A DNA stretch of 32,000 bases from Methanocaldococcus jannaschii DSM 2661 (GCF_000091665.1 NC_000909.1:1404118-1436117), one strand, 5' to 3'; shown: positions 16,747 to 27,132, numbered from the stretch's first letter. Numbers and translations: made by a program. Notes: generated from the sequence alone by a model not told the origin.

Positions 16747-18201
16747 ATGGGAATCTTTGATGTCATCTCAGGACTGTTTAAAAAGAAGCCAAAAATTGCC
16801 TATGCAAAGTCACAAAGTGTAGATTTGATTGAGTTAAAAAGAAATCCTTACTATATAGTGGCATCAGTTGAGTTAGGAAATACAACAACAAAATCCATCA
16901 TAACAGCAACAAATATGGATACTGGTAAAACCTACATTGTTAGCAAGCACGTGAAGATGACAAGGGATGTCAGAAAGCCAAAGAAAGGAGAAGAAGTTTT
17001 TGGAGAGACACTATGGGGGGTTGAATTAACAAGAGAGGCAGTTGCAGATATGGTTAAAGAGGTTTTGTTGGAGAGTTTAAAAAAAGCTGGACTAACTGTT
17101 GATGACTTACACTTTGTTGTTAGAAGTACTGGAGTTACTGCAGGTTTTGCATCTCCAGAAGAAGTTGGAGAGATGATTATTGCCTTAGCTCAAGGATGTA
17201 TGAAAGCTGGAGTTCCTCCAGCAAAGATGACTCCAGCAATGACTAAGGAACAGATACCAAAGCCGTTTGATAAATATTCTTTTTTAGATAAGATTATATT
17301 TGATGGAGCGGTTACTGGAGTTCTGCCTCCTACAGGAAAGGAGGTTGTAGCTAACGAGATGGAAGGAGAGCTTGTAACTGCAGGAATAAAAGTTGGAAGT
17401 AAATGGACAGATGTAGATTTCAGAAATCCTTGTATGAGTATTGACTTTGGAACAACCTTGGCTGGTAGAATAACTAATGACACTTTACCTTATGCAAAGG
17501 TTATTGGTAATTTATGCGGTTTAGCTGGAGCTATAGCTGATGCAATTGCAAGGGGTTCTGGAAAAATAGATGAGAAGACTGGAGCGGCTTTAGATTTAGC
17601 AAATATAAAAGGAAAGCCAAATGAAGAATTAGCTAAGGAATATGCTGAAGAAATGCACAAATATATAATTATTAAAGAAGTCCCAAAAGATGTTGATAGA
17701 TTTGGAACTGTCCCAGTAGACCCAAAGTCCGCTGAAAAGGCTGGAACTACATTAATTGGATGTGATGTTGGTAAGAATGGTAGTGATTTGATAAAATTGG
17801 AAGAATTGGGGAGGGAATTAGTTGAAAAGAGTGATATTCCAACGTTGATGTGCTGTTTAGACTATGTTATGAGTGAAGTTGTTAGAAGGTTGGTAGAGTT
17901 AGCTTATAAAAAAGGATTAATTAGTGAAAAGTCAGCTGTAGGAATTACAGGAAGGGCTGGGATTACTGGCAGAAAGCCAGAATTAATTATTGAGAAGCTT
18001 AAAACTTTAGAAATTTGGGATAAAGTTGAGGAAAATGTTGTGTTTGTTGAGGATGGCTTAGCTTTAGGTGCTTCAGTTATGGCAAGATGTATGAACTGTT
18101 TGGGAACTCCTCAAGTGCCTATTGGAGGAGTTAGGGGAGGAGGGTGTATATTAGGTTTAAGGAGAAAATGGCAAAAAGAAAGGGGTATGATAAGAGATTA
18201 A
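16747..18201 (+). CDS. ASKHA (actin-like ATPase fold) family protein of unknown function; possibly one of the methanogen-specific marker proteins
   Basis: Phosphate-1-like ELGNTTTKS and phosphate-2-like DFGTTLAG motifs. 484 aa. My assignment to 'methanogenesis marker 14' is an unverified recollection. Confidence 0.6.
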   Translation: MGIFDVISGLFKKKPKIAYAKSQSVDLIELKRNPYYIVASVELGNTTTKSIITATNMDTGKTYIVSKHVKMTRDVRKPKKGEEVFGETLWGVELTREAVADMVKEVLLESLKKAGLTVDDLHFVVRSTGVTAGFASPEEVGEMIIALAQGCMKAGVPPAKMTPAMTKEQIPKPFDKYSFLDKIIFDGAVTGVLPPTGKEVVANEMEGELVTAGIKVGSKWTDVDFRNPCMSIDFGTTLAGRITNDTLPYAKVIGNLCGLAGAIADAIARGSGKIDEKTGAALDLANIKGKPNEELAKEYAEEMHKYIIIKEVPKDVDRFGTVPVDPKSAEKAGTTLIGCDVGKNGSDLIKLEELGRELVEKSDIPTLMCCLDYVMSEVVRRLVELAYKKGLISEKSAVGITGRAGITGRKPELIIEKLKTLEIWDKVEENVVFVEDGLALGASVMARCMNCLGTPQVPIGGVRGGGCILGLRRKWQKERGMIRD

Positions 18202-18493
18202 ATACCAAAAATTATATTTTTAAATTATGTCTGTAAAAATGTTATATAAATATGGTTTTAGGCGTAAAACCCCTCCCCTTATGTTTAACATTATCTAATT
18301 AAGCCATATCTCAAAGTTTATGATAAAATAGCAAAACATTTCGTATTATTCCCCCACAGGATAATATTATTAACTTATCCCCTATATATATTTTTTCATT
18401 TTTGAAAAATATGAAAAATTGATGCATATAGGTTACGCAATTTTCAATCTATAAATTTATTTGCGTTTATAAATATATGAATGACGGGATAAC

Positions 18494-19273
18494 ATGAAAT
18501 TAAGACTAAAGGTTCCACAATGGCATTACTCTTTATTAACTGACTATGAGAGATTGGCTATCTTTAAAAACGCCATAGAGAGAGTTGTAGATGAAGATGA
18601 CGTTGTCTTTGATTTGGGAACAGGTAGTGGAATTTTAGCAATGATTGCTGCAAAGAAAGCAAAAAAAGTTTATGCCATTGAGTTAGACCCTTTTACTTAT
18701 GATTATGCTAAAGAAAATATAAAAGTTAATGGATTTAATAACATTGAGATTATTGAAGGAGATGCCTCAACTTACAACTTTAAAGAGAAGGCTGATGTGG
18801 TTATAGCTGAGCTTTTAGACACTGCTTTAATTATTGAACCACAAGTTAAAGTTATGAATTCAATAATAGAAAGAGGTTTTTTAAAAGAAGATGTTAAAAT
18901 AATCCCAGCTAAGGCAATATCAACTATACAACTTGTAGAGGCAAAAATGAGCCATATCTATTATGATGAAGATATTAAATCAGAGGAAGTTTCTGAAGAG
19001 GTTATTTATGAGGAAGTTGATTTTCATAAGACAAATCCTATTGAAGTAAGCTATAATATAGAGTTAGAGCTTGAAAAAAGCTGTGAAAACTTAGGAATAA
19101 AGCTGAGAACCTATACAATATTGGATGATAAACATGTAGCTGGACAAACATCAATGCTGAATCCTCCATTGGTAATTCCATTAAATAAAAAGGTAGATAA
19201 GGGAAGAGTTAAGATAAATTTATCATACAGAAGAGGAGGAGATTTAGAGAGCATAAAAGTAAATTTGGGATAA
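18494..19273 (+). CDS. Class I SAM-dependent methyltransferase (PRMT-like core)
   Basis: Motif I VVFDLGTGSGILAM, acidic motif II YAIELD, IEGDA, VVIAELLD. Substrate unknown. Confidence 0.75.
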   Translation: MKLRLKVPQWHYSLLTDYERLAIFKNAIERVVDEDDVVFDLGTGSGILAMIAAKKAKKVYAIELDPFTYDYAKENIKVNGFNNIEIIEGDASTYNFKEKADVVIAELLDTALIIEPQVKVMNSIIERGFLKEDVKIIPAKAISTIQLVEAKMSHIYYDEDIKSEEVSEEVIYEEVDFHKTNPIEVSYNIELELEKSCENLGIKLRTYTILDDKHVAGQTSMLNPPLVIPLNKKVDKGRVKINLSYRRGGDLESIKVNLG

Positions 19274-19275
19274 CC

Positions 19276-19854
19276 ATGATAAGTGAAGTGGTTGTAACAA
19301 CAAGAAAAAATAATAGAGACAATAAAGCCCCAATTGGTGTTTATTTTAAAGATAAAAAAGTTATTATGCATCTTTTTTCTGGCTCTCATACTTATGAAAA
19401 TCTTTTAACTGAAGATTATTTTTCAGTTAATGTGGTTCCACCAATTGAGATAGCAAAGGCAGTTTTAGATGATGAGGATGATTATCTTTATTATAATGAC
19501 ATTCCTTATCTAAAAAGCTCTTATTATGCTATATTTTACAAAGTTATCGAAAGAAAGTTTGTTGATAGGGAAGATAAATTTGGAAAAAACAGATTGATGA
19601 TTTTAGAGGGAGAGGAAATAAAGAGGATATATTTAAACAACATCCCAAAGCCATACAATAGGGCAGACGGCTTATTGGTGGAGATAGCAGTTATCTACTC
19701 AAGATTAGCCAACAAAAATATAAAAATTAATGAAGATGACAAAAAAGAGATGATAAATGACATTAGAAAATATTTCTCAATAATTAAAAAAGTTGGAGGT
19801 AGAGAACATAAACAATTAGCTGAAATTATGCTAAGAAATTTAAATTTACTTTAA
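19276..19854 (+). CDS. Conserved protein, probably FMN-binding split-barrel-like (DUF447-like)
   Basis: Starts 2 nt after the upstream stop. N-terminal VVTTR...APIGVYF...GSHTYENL pattern resembles that family; family assignment from memory only. Confidence 0.5.
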   Translation: MISEVVVTTRKNNRDNKAPIGVYFKDKKVIMHLFSGSHTYENLLTEDYFSVNVVPPIEIAKAVLDDEDDYLYYNDIPYLKSSYYAIFYKVIERKFVDREDKFGKNRLMILEGEEIKRIYLNNIPKPYNRADGLLVEIAVIYSRLANKNIKINEDDKKEMINDIRKYFSIIKKVGGREHKQLAEIMLRNLNLL

Positions 19855-20508
19855 ATCCATTAGTCTCCAGATTTCTTTTAATGTATCAATATCAACCTGC
19901 CCAGGGGCAGAACTTTTCCCTTTATATGAAGCAAACGTTAATATTGAGCCAAAATAAACCCCTAAGATTCTTGTTAGTTTCCCTTTCTCGCCCATTCCAA
20001 TACCAATAATCTTTCCAGGATATTTATTTATCACTTCTAAGATATTGAGGACATCTTCTTTACTATTTGCCATTGTTGCAAATTTTGCTATATCTCCAAT
20101 GCTAAGAGCTTTTTCAACAATCTCTACCAATTTTTCCTTAGAAGGAGTTTTTTCAAAATCATGATAAGAAATTATAATTTTTGTTTTTGAACCAATTTCA
20201 TCTCTAAATTTTACAAGTTCTTTATTTTTCTCCTCTCTCAATTCAATATCAACAAATTTGGCATTGCATTCAATTGCCTTTTTTATTAAGTTTAATCTTT
20301 CCTCATTATTTCCCTTCCAATAACCACCCTCCCAATCTGCTCTAACAGTTATTATGCAAGGATACTTAGCAAATTTCTCTATATCTTCTTCACTAACTTC
20401 TTTAAGCATATCTATCCTAAATTCAACAATATCTGCTATTTCTAAATACTTTTCAGCTGTTTTTATTGCTTTTTCTACACTATCTTCAACTACTGGCAAA
20501 CATATCAT
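19846..20508 (-). CDS. aroD: 3-dehydroquinate dehydratase, type I
   Basis: 220 aa. EFRID motif, [10 protein letters not shown] region and conserved Lys-containing segment typical of type I DHQase. 9-nt convergent overlap with the upstream + strand gene. Confidence 0.9.
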   Translation of the reverse strand: MICLPVVEDSVEKAIKTAEKYLEIADIVEFRIDMLKEVSEEDIEKFAKYPCIITVRADWEGGYWKGNNEERLNLIKKAIECNAKFVDIELREEKNKELVKFRDEIGSKTKIIISYHDFEKTPSKEKLVEIVEKALSIGDIAKFATMANSKEDVLNILEVINKYPGKIIGIGMGEKGKLTRILGVYFGSILTFASYKGKSSAPGQVDIDTLKEIWRLMDLK

Positions 20509-20603
20509 ATTCTCTCCCCTTAAAAGTTTTATTTAATTAAAAATTAAAAAGCAAAATATTTTAAATTTAATGCAATATAAAATTAAGCTAAAAAATAGAA
20601 AAT

Positions 20604-21521
20604 TTATTCTTCCTCTTCTGAACTCATAACTTTATAGAAATCGCCATATTCAACCTGGCTCTCTCTACTCATCAACTTGTCGATGGATTTCTTCATAATC
20701 ATTGCATACAAGTCAATTAAATCCCTATACTTAACCTCTGGCAATCCGGTATAGACAAATAGAACTTTCTTAAATCCCCCTCTTGTAGCGTTATCTACTA
20801 AGTATGTAGCTAAAGCTTCAGTTAATGGCTCAACTGGTGGATACCCTTTTCCTAAAGGAACTCTCTTCTTATAGAATCTCTTTCCATATTTAAGCCCAAT
20901 AACCTGTGAAAATCTGAAATGCATTATATAATCTGATATTTTATCCATTCTTCTGAAAATCTTTAGCCACCAATCAACATCTGCCTTTTCAGCTGCTTCA
21001 TCTAAATCATCCTTCTCATAAACTCCCAATTCATTTAAGAATATGTTTTCTAACTGTAATGATGGAATAATTTTTATATCTTCCTCTTTAGCCGCTTTTA
21101 TTAACTCTTCAAGCTCATCTAATGTTCCAAACTCTCCAATATTTGTTGCTGGCTCTGGAGAGTAAATCATCTCATTATTAACTTCACTGAATTTTTTTAA
21201 GACTTCTAAGTGGTAGTTTAAATCATCCCCCACTCTTTTTCCAAGATGGTAGTTGTATATCTCAGCTCCACATAGTGTAGCTTTTTCTATGGCTGAAAGA
21301 TGACCTTTCAATCCCTTCTCTGATGATAAGCTATAATAAGGCCCATGAGCTAAGATTGATGTGAAATACTCCCCACCTAACTTTTTATAACTCTCATAGT
21401 ATCCGGATGGCAATCTTCTTGATAACACTGCTGGTGGAATTTCTGTAATTCTTGTCCCCAATAATGCTGCCTGTTTTAATGTTGATAAAGCGTTATAAGT
21501 TCCCCACTCGAAGAGTATCAT
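20604..21521 (-). CDS. Xylose-isomerase-like TIM-barrel / endonuclease IV-related protein (putative)
   Basis: Spaced His/Glu/Asp-containing segments (AHGPYY, NYHLG, SPEPA, LQLEN, MHFRF) loosely follow the AP-endonuclease-2 metal-ligand order. Function uncertain. Confidence 0.45.
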   Translation of the reverse strand: MILFEWGTYNALSTLKQAALLGTRITEIPPAVLSRRLPSGYYESYKKLGGEYFTSILAHGPYYSLSSEKGLKGHLSAIEKATLCGAEIYNYHLGKRVGDDLNYHLEVLKKFSEVNNEMIYSPEPATNIGEFGTLDELEELIKAAKEEDIKIIPSLQLENIFLNELGVYEKDDLDEAAEKADVDWWLKIFRRMDKISDYIMHFRFSQVIGLKYGKRFYKKRVPLGKGYPPVEPLTEALATYLVDNATRGGFKKVLFVYTGLPEVKYRDLIDLYAMIMKKSIDKLMSRESQVEYGDFYKVMSSEEEE

Positions 21522-21569
21522 TTTCTCACCTTGATTTTTTCTTATACAGTAAATAATATAAGCACTGAC

Positions 21570-21580
21570 TATATATAAAC
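21570..21580 (+). promoter_or_regulatory. Candidate TATA box for hisD
   Basis: TATATATAAAC lies about 20-30 nt upstream of ATG 21599. This implies a very short leader, or use of ATG 21611, which has GGTGAC 5 nt upstream. Confidence 0.3.
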
Positions 21581-21598
21581 TTTGTCAATTAAAAATCT

Positions 21599-22888
21599 AT
21601 GGTGACTGGAATGATAATTAAAAAAATTAAAGAATTAACAAAGGAAGAAGAGGAGAAAATAATTAATAGGAATAAAGCAAACTTTGAGGAAATATTGCCA
21701 ACAGTAATGGAGATTTTGAAGGATGTTAAAGAAAAAGGGGATGAAGCATTAAAATATTATACAAAAAAGTTCGATGGTGTAGAAATAGAAGATTTTAAAG
21801 TTACAGATGAGGAGATAGAAGAAGCTTATAACTCAGTTGATTATAAAGTTGTTGAAGCTATTGAGAGAGCTAAGGAAAACATTTATTTCTTCCATAAAAA
21901 GCAGATGGAGCAAATAAAAGATTTAAATGTTGAAAATAATGGAATAATTTTAGGACAGGTTGTTAGAGCAATAGAAAAAGTTGGATGCTATGTTCCTGGA
22001 GGAAGGGCATTTTATCCTTCAACTGTTTTAATGACAACAATTCCTGCAAAGGTTGCTGGATGTGAAGAGATATATATAACCTCCCCACCTACAAAAGATG
22101 GGAAAGGAAATCCAGCTACCTTAATAGCAGGAGATATTGTTGGAGTTTCAGCTATTTATAAGGTTGGAGGAGTTCAAGCTATAGGGGCATTAGCCTATGG
22201 AACAGAGACTATCCCAAAGGTTGATATTATTGTAGGGCCTGGGAATATATATGTAACAACAGCTAAAAAGATGGTTTATGGAGAAGTTGCCATAGATTTC
22301 TTAGCAGGTCCTTCAGAGGTTTTAATTATTGCTGATGAAACAGCTAATGCAGAGTTTGTTGCCTTAGATTTTATTGCCCAAGCTGAACACGACCCTAACG
22401 CCTCTTGTGTAATAACAACAACATCTGAAAAGAAGGCAGAGGAGATTAAAAACAAGATATTTGAAGAGATAGAAAAAGCTGAAAGAAAGGAGATTATTTT
22501 AAAAGCCTTAGAAAACTCTGCCATATTAATTGGTGATTTAGAAGAGTGTATTGAATTCTCAAATAAATATGCCCCAGAACATCTTGAAATATTAACTAAA
22601 AATCCAGAGGAAGTTTTAAATAAAATTAAACATGCTGGAAGTGTATTTTTAGGAGAGTATAGCCCAGTTCCTGTTGGAGATTATGCTTCTGGAACTAATC
22701 ATGTTCTGCCAACTTCACAGTTTGCGAGAATGAGTTCTGGTTTGAATGTAGAGACATTTTTAAAGAAAATAACATATCAAAAATTGGATAAGGAAAGCTT
22801 AAAAAATATTGCTGATATTGTTATCACATTAGCTGAAGCTGAAGGTTTGTTTGGGCATGCTGAAGCTGTTAGAAGAAGATTAAAATAA
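21599..22888 (+). CDS. hisD: Histidinol dehydrogenase
   Basis: Family signatures AQAEHD, GPSEV, GDYASGTNHVLPT. 429 aa (425 if the start is 21611). Confidence 0.95.
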   Translation: MVTGMIIKKIKELTKEEEEKIINRNKANFEEILPTVMEILKDVKEKGDEALKYYTKKFDGVEIEDFKVTDEEIEEAYNSVDYKVVEAIERAKENIYFFHKKQMEQIKDLNVENNGIILGQVVRAIEKVGCYVPGGRAFYPSTVLMTTIPAKVAGCEEIYITSPPTKDGKGNPATLIAGDIVGVSAIYKVGGVQAIGALAYGTETIPKVDIIVGPGNIYVTTAKKMVYGEVAIDFLAGPSEVLIIADETANAEFVALDFIAQAEHDPNASCVITTTSEKKAEEIKNKIFEEIEKAERKEIILKALENSAILIGDLEECIEFSNKYAPEHLEILTKNPEEVLNKIKHAGSVFLGEYSPVPVGDYASGTNHVLPTSQFARMSSGLNVETFLKKITYQKLDKESLKNIADIVITLAEAEGLFGHAEAVRRRLK

Positions 22889-22898
22889 TTTTTATGTG

Positions 22899-23303
22899 AT
22901 GGTTATGACAGCACTAACCTTATTAATTTTATTTTTTGGATTAGCATTTATTTTAGTTGGTTTTGGATTGATACTGGGATATTTAATATTTAGTAGAAAG
23001 AATAAGACTGTAAATGGAACAGCCAATAGAACAGTTGTAGTTGAGAGAGATAGTAGCAATTTATTAGGAACTGCTGCAGCTGTTGCTGGTGGAGTTATAG
23101 CTGGAGAGTTGATAACTGATGCAATAGAAGATGTGATAAATAATAACGAAAATAACGAAGCTGATGGGTATAATTCTGAAGGAATAGAAACAACAATAGA
23201 AGACACAATAGAAGAAATTGACAAGGGAGTAGATAATGTAATTGAGGACATAACTGATGAAATAGATAACATTACCAATGATATAGGCGATAGCTTCTTT
23301 TAA
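22899..23303 (+). CDS. Small membrane-anchored protein with highly acidic C-terminal tail
   Basis: One N-terminal TM helix, a Gly/Ala-rich second hydrophobic segment, then a D/E/N/I-rich repeat tail. Preferred over the mirror minus-strand ORF, which is Ser/Ile low complexity. Confidence 0.6.
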   Translation: MVMTALTLLILFFGLAFILVGFGLILGYLIFSRKNKTVNGTANRTVVVERDSSNLLGTAAAVAGGVIAGELITDAIEDVINNNENNEADGYNSEGIETTIEDTIEEIDKGVDNVIEDITDEIDNITNDIGDSFF

Positions 23304-23364
23304 ATTTTAAATAATATTATTTTTGATGATTTTCATCAATATTAAATAAATTTAATGTGAGAAC

Positions 23365-24021
23365 ATGGAAATTGGAATCAGCATAGAGGCAGAAAATAAA
23401 GTAGGAGTTTTGCACAAACTTACGGGAATTCTTTCTGAATTGGGAGGGAATATAACCTATACTCAACAATTCATTAAAGATGATGGTAAAATTGGATTTA
23501 TTTATATGGAAGTTGAAGGGATTAAAGATATTGAGGAGCTAAAGAGAAGAATGGAGAGTTGTGAGTGTGTAAAGAGCTTTGAAATTCACAGCTCATTAAA
23601 AAAGATTTATGGTAAGAGAGTTATTATTATTGGTGGAGGGGCACAAGTTGCTGAAGTTGCGAGAGGGGCGATAAGTGAGGCAGACAGGCATAATATAAGA
23701 GGGGAGAGAATTAGCGTAGATACTCTTCCAATAGTTGGTGAAGAAAATTTATATGAGGCTGTTAAAGCTGTAGCAACTCTTCCACGAGTAGGAATTTTAG
23801 TTTTAGCTGGCTCTTTAATGGGAGGGAAGATAACTGAAGCAGTTAAAGAATTAAAGGAAAAGACTGGCATTCCCGTGATAAGCTTAAAGATGTTTGGCTC
23901 TGTTCCTAAGGTTGCTGATTTGGTTGTTGGAGACCCATTGCAGGCAGGGGTTTTAGCTGTTATGGCTATTGCTGAAACAGCAAAATTTGATATAAATAAG
24001 GTTAAAGGTAGGGTGCTATAA
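23365..24021 (+). CDS. ACT-domain protein with a C-terminal conserved domain of unknown function
   Basis: N-terminal ACT-like segment (ENKVGVLHKLTGILSELGGNI). The C-terminal 130 aa are Gly/Ala/Val-rich (IIIGGGAQVAE...). Confidence 0.7.
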   Translation: MEIGISIEAENKVGVLHKLTGILSELGGNITYTQQFIKDDGKIGFIYMEVEGIKDIEELKRRMESCECVKSFEIHSSLKKIYGKRVIIIGGGAQVAEVARGAISEADRHNIRGERISVDTLPIVGEENLYEAVKAVATLPRVGILVLAGSLMGGKITEAVKELKEKTGIPVISLKMFGSVPKVADLVVGDPLQAGVLAVMAIAETAKFDINKVKGRVL

Positions 24022-24162
24022 AGATAATTTAATAATTTTTGATGAAACCGAAGCGTTAGCTTTGGGTTATGAAACTCCATGATTTTCATTTAATTTTTTC
24101 CTATTAATTTTCTCCTAAAAAGTTTCTTTAACATAAATAAGGTTAAAGGGAGAGCTCTATGA
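23992..24162. repeat. Palindromic element (24022-24132) flanked by a 30-bp direct duplication of the ACT-gene end / ade start junction
   Basis: 23992-24021 vs 24133-24162 are 25/30 identical ungapped (first 17 identical). Both read INKVKGR(V/A)L-stop. Nested hairpins at 24046-24068 and 24069-24089. Confidence 0.85.
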
Positions 24163-25829
24163 TTGTCTTCAAAAATACAAAGATTATTGATGTATATACT
24201 GGAGAGGTTGTTAAAGGAAATGTTGCAGTTGAGAGGGATAAAATATCCTTTGTGGATTTAAATGATGAAATTGATAAGATAATTGAAAAAATAAAGGAGG
24301 ATGTTAAAGTTATTGACTTAAAAGGAAAATATTTATCTCCAACATTTATAGATGGGCATATACATATAGAATCTTCCCATCTCATCCCATCAGAGTTTGA
24401 GAAATTTGTATTAAAAAGCGGAGTTAGCAAAGTAGTTATAGACCCGCATGAAATAGCAAATATTGCTGGAAAAGAAGGAATTTTGTTTATGTTGAATGAT
24501 GCCAAAATTTTAGATGTCTATGTTATGCTTCCTTCCTGTGTTCCAGCTACAAACTTAGAAACAAGTGGAGCTGAGATTACAGCAGAGAATATTGAAGAAC
24601 TCATTCTTTTAGATAATGTCTTAGGTTTAGGAGAGGTTATGAACTATCCTGCAGTAATAAATGAAGATGAAGAGATGTTAAAAAAGATAGAAGTAGCTAA
24701 AAAATACAATAAATTGATAGATGGGCATTGTCCAAAATTAAAAGGTTGGGAGTTAAACAAATATATATCTCATGGAATAATGAGCGACCATGAGAGTGTT
24801 GATGAAGATGAGGCATTAGAAAAGCTTAGATTGGGATTAAAATTAATGATTAGAGAAGGAACAGCATCAAAAAACATCTATTTGCTTAATATATGCAAAA
24901 AGATAAAAGATTTTAGGAATATAATGTTGGTTAGTGATGACGTCTGTATTAAAGATTTAGACGGCTACATGTTAAATATTTTAAGAAAAGCCACAAACTA
25001 TGTTTCTCCAATTGAAGCTATTCAAATGGTTACAATAAATCCAGCAAATTATTTTGGGTTTGATGTAGGAATTAAAGCTGGAAATGAGGCAAGTTTTGTA
25101 ATCTTTGAAGATTTAGACAATTTTAAAGTTTATAACATTGTCATAAAAGGAAGATTCTTAGATGATGTTTTAAATGAACTAAATAAAAATAAAAAAAGAA
25201 AAATTCCCGAAAAGCTCATGAATACTTTAAAATACCAATACAAAAACGAAGGTGATTTTTTAATTAAAGGGATTGATTATAAGGAGAGAGATGGATTTAT
25301 TAGAGTAATAAAACCATTAAAAGATTCTCTAATAACTGAAGAGCTAATATTTAGCACTGAAGAAATAAAAATATTACTGAATGAAAATGCTATAAATAAA
25401 ATCTTCGTTATAGAGAGGCATAAAAATACTGGAAATATTGGAAAGGGTTTAATATACAACTTCTTGGAGGAGGGAGCTTTAGCCTCTTCCTATGCTCACG
25501 ATTCTCATAATGTAATAGCCATAGGAAATAATGAGAAAGATTTAGCCTTAGCTGTAAATAAATTAAAAGATATTGGTGGAGGATTTATAGCTGCTAAGGA
25601 TGGGGAAGTTGTTGAATATCTTCCTCTACCAGTTGGAGGGATAATGGGAGATGATGGAAAATACATAGCTGAGAAGATTAATGCTTTGTATAAAAAAATA
25701 GAAGGTTGGAGTTCTTTTGAGAACCCATTTTTAAGTATGAGCTTTTTCTCTCTCCCTGTGATTCCTGAGCTAAAAATAACTGATAAAGGTTTGGTTAAAG
25801 ATATGCAGTTGGTTGATTTATTTATTTAG
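24159..25829 (+). CDS. ade: Adenine deaminase
   Basis: Amidohydrolase metal site [20 protein letters not shown], and the two-domain 556-aa architecture of adenine deaminase. Confidence 0.9.
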   Translation: MIVFKNTKIIDVYTGEVVKGNVAVERDKISFVDLNDEIDKIIEKIKEDVKVIDLKGKYLSPTFIDGHIHIESSHLIPSEFEKFVLKSGVSKVVIDPHEIANIAGKEGILFMLNDAKILDVYVMLPSCVPATNLETSGAEITAENIEELILLDNVLGLGEVMNYPAVINEDEEMLKKIEVAKKYNKLIDGHCPKLKGWELNKYISHGIMSDHESVDEDEALEKLRLGLKLMIREGTASKNIYLLNICKKIKDFRNIMLVSDDVCIKDLDGYMLNILRKATNYVSPIEAIQMVTINPANYFGFDVGIKAGNEASFVIFEDLDNFKVYNIVIKGRFLDDVLNELNKNKKRKIPEKLMNTLKYQYKNEGDFLIKGIDYKERDGFIRVIKPLKDSLITEELIFSTEEIKILLNENAINKIFVIERHKNTGNIGKGLIYNFLEEGALASSYAHDSHNVIAIGNNEKDLALAVNKLKDIGGGFIAAKDGEVVEYLPLPVGGIMGDDGKYIAEKINALYKKIEGWSSFENPFLSMSFFSLPVIPELKITDKGLVKDMQLVDLFI

Positions 25830-26306
25830 CTCATCAACTTCCTTAACTTCAAACACACATTTATCTTTTCCTTGAGAAACACATTCAACCTCATTAACAA
25901 CAAATTTCTTTTTAAATATCTCTTCTAAACATCCAGCTAAGATTCCAGCTATAAAATCATGAATTGGTTCTTCTTTAGATACCCATTGGTATGGAGGATT
26001 AGATAGCTTTATTTTATATGGTGGATTTTTGAGAAGTATTTTATTTTCGTCAATCTCCAAATCTCCAAAATTCATTAATTTGAATATTTTTTTCAATTCT
26101 TCAATATTTTTAGGAGATAACATTTTTCCAAATTCTTCACCAATTTCATATAATGAGGTTTCTGAACCAAGTTCTTTAACTTTATCAAATATTACCAATG
26201 CAAACAACCCAAAATATGGCATAGGAATTTTTTTACTTTCTTTTATTATCTCTTCATTTCTTATTGCTTCTAAAATGTCTGGAAAGATTTTTTCCATAAA
26301 AGCCAC
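25818..26306 (-). CDS. V4R (4-vinyl reductase-like) domain protein
   Basis: 162 aa. C-terminal GILAGCLEE...[14 protein letters not shown] resembles the V4R small-molecule-binding domain signature. 12-nt convergent overlap with ade. Confidence 0.55.
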   Translation of the reverse strand: MAFMEKIFPDILEAIRNEEIIKESKKIPMPYFGLFALVIFDKVKELGSETSLYEIGEEFGKMLSPKNIEELKKIFKLMNFGDLEIDENKILLKNPPYKIKLSNPPYQWVSKEEPIHDFIAGILAGCLEEIFKKKFVVNEVECVSQGKDKCVFEVKEVDELNK

Positions 26307-26434
26307 CTTTCTTTTTTAATATATTTTTTAATTATTTAGTGTTATGACCTAATCAATAACATCTATGTAAAACAAAATATATAAAACTTTGTAATAATAA
26401 ATATTAAAAAATAGGTATTATTTATTAATTTTTA

Positions 26435-27034
26435 TTAATTAATATTCATCTTTTTCAATCCCAACTTGATAATATTATATTTTAAGTTTTTGTTTATGCC
26501 CATTCTTTCAAAAACCCTATCTTCGAACTCCATATAAACAGCTGTGGCAACCAAAGACATTCTTTCAATTAAATCATCAAACTCTTCCATAACTTTTAAA
26601 TACTCTTCAGTTGGTAGTTCCTCTTTTAATTTTTCTTCTGCCGTCTCTCTTATTTCCTCCAATCCACATAAAATATACAACGGTTCAAAATCCAACTCAA
26701 CAAATTTCATTGCATCTTTTGCTATAATTTTAAAAAATTCATTTAATTTTTCTTCATCATCACTATATTCAAATAACTTCTCAACCCAGTTTTTCATGCG
26801 ATTTTCTATCTCCCCACATGCGTTTGTGGTGCAACTACTGTGATTATTCCTATTTTTGCAGATGCATGGATTATTTCTAAACCTCTCTATAAACACATTT
26901 ACAGCGTTTAATAAATCTTTTTTTAATATATCTTCATGCTTTTTAATCTCTTCGTATTTTTTAACTTTTTTAATGAAATATTTCATATTACCTACTGCAT
27001 TATTGAAGATGCTATCAAAATCAAATTGCTCCAT
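26435..27034 (-). CDS. Hypothetical protein (199 aa), Lys/Glu-rich, helical, with CxC...C...C patch
   Basis: Long ORF, visibly more AT-rich than its neighbours. Cys patch CICKNRNNHSSCTTNAC. No family recognised. Confidence 0.55.
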   Translation of the reverse strand: MEQFDFDSIFNNAVGNMKYFIKKVKKYEEIKKHEDILKKDLLNAVNVFIERFRNNPCICKNRNNHSSCTTNACGEIENRMKNWVEKLFEYSDDEEKLNEFFKIIAKDAMKFVELDFEPLYILCGLEEIRETAEEKLKEELPTEEYLKVMEEFDDLIERMSLVATAVYMEFEDRVFERMGINKNLKYNIIKLGLKKMNIN

Positions 27035-27132
27035 ATTCTCCCCTCTTACACGATAATGAAATACTTCACATATAAAAAATATAAATTATGGTATAAAAAT
27101 ATTAAGAATTTTTTTTCACAAATTATGAACTA

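Noticed and set aside
22892-23278. 128-aa minus-strand ORF mirroring the 135-aa plus-strand ORF
   Set aside because: Its translation is Ser/Ile low complexity. The plus-strand product has a credible TM helix plus acidic tail and fits the gene spacing after hisD.
23607-24505. Minus-strand ORFs 23607-24089 (160 aa) and 24143-24505 (120 aa)
   Set aside because: They overlap the well-supported ACT-domain and adenine deaminase genes and have antisense-type composition. The first also runs through the palindromic insert.
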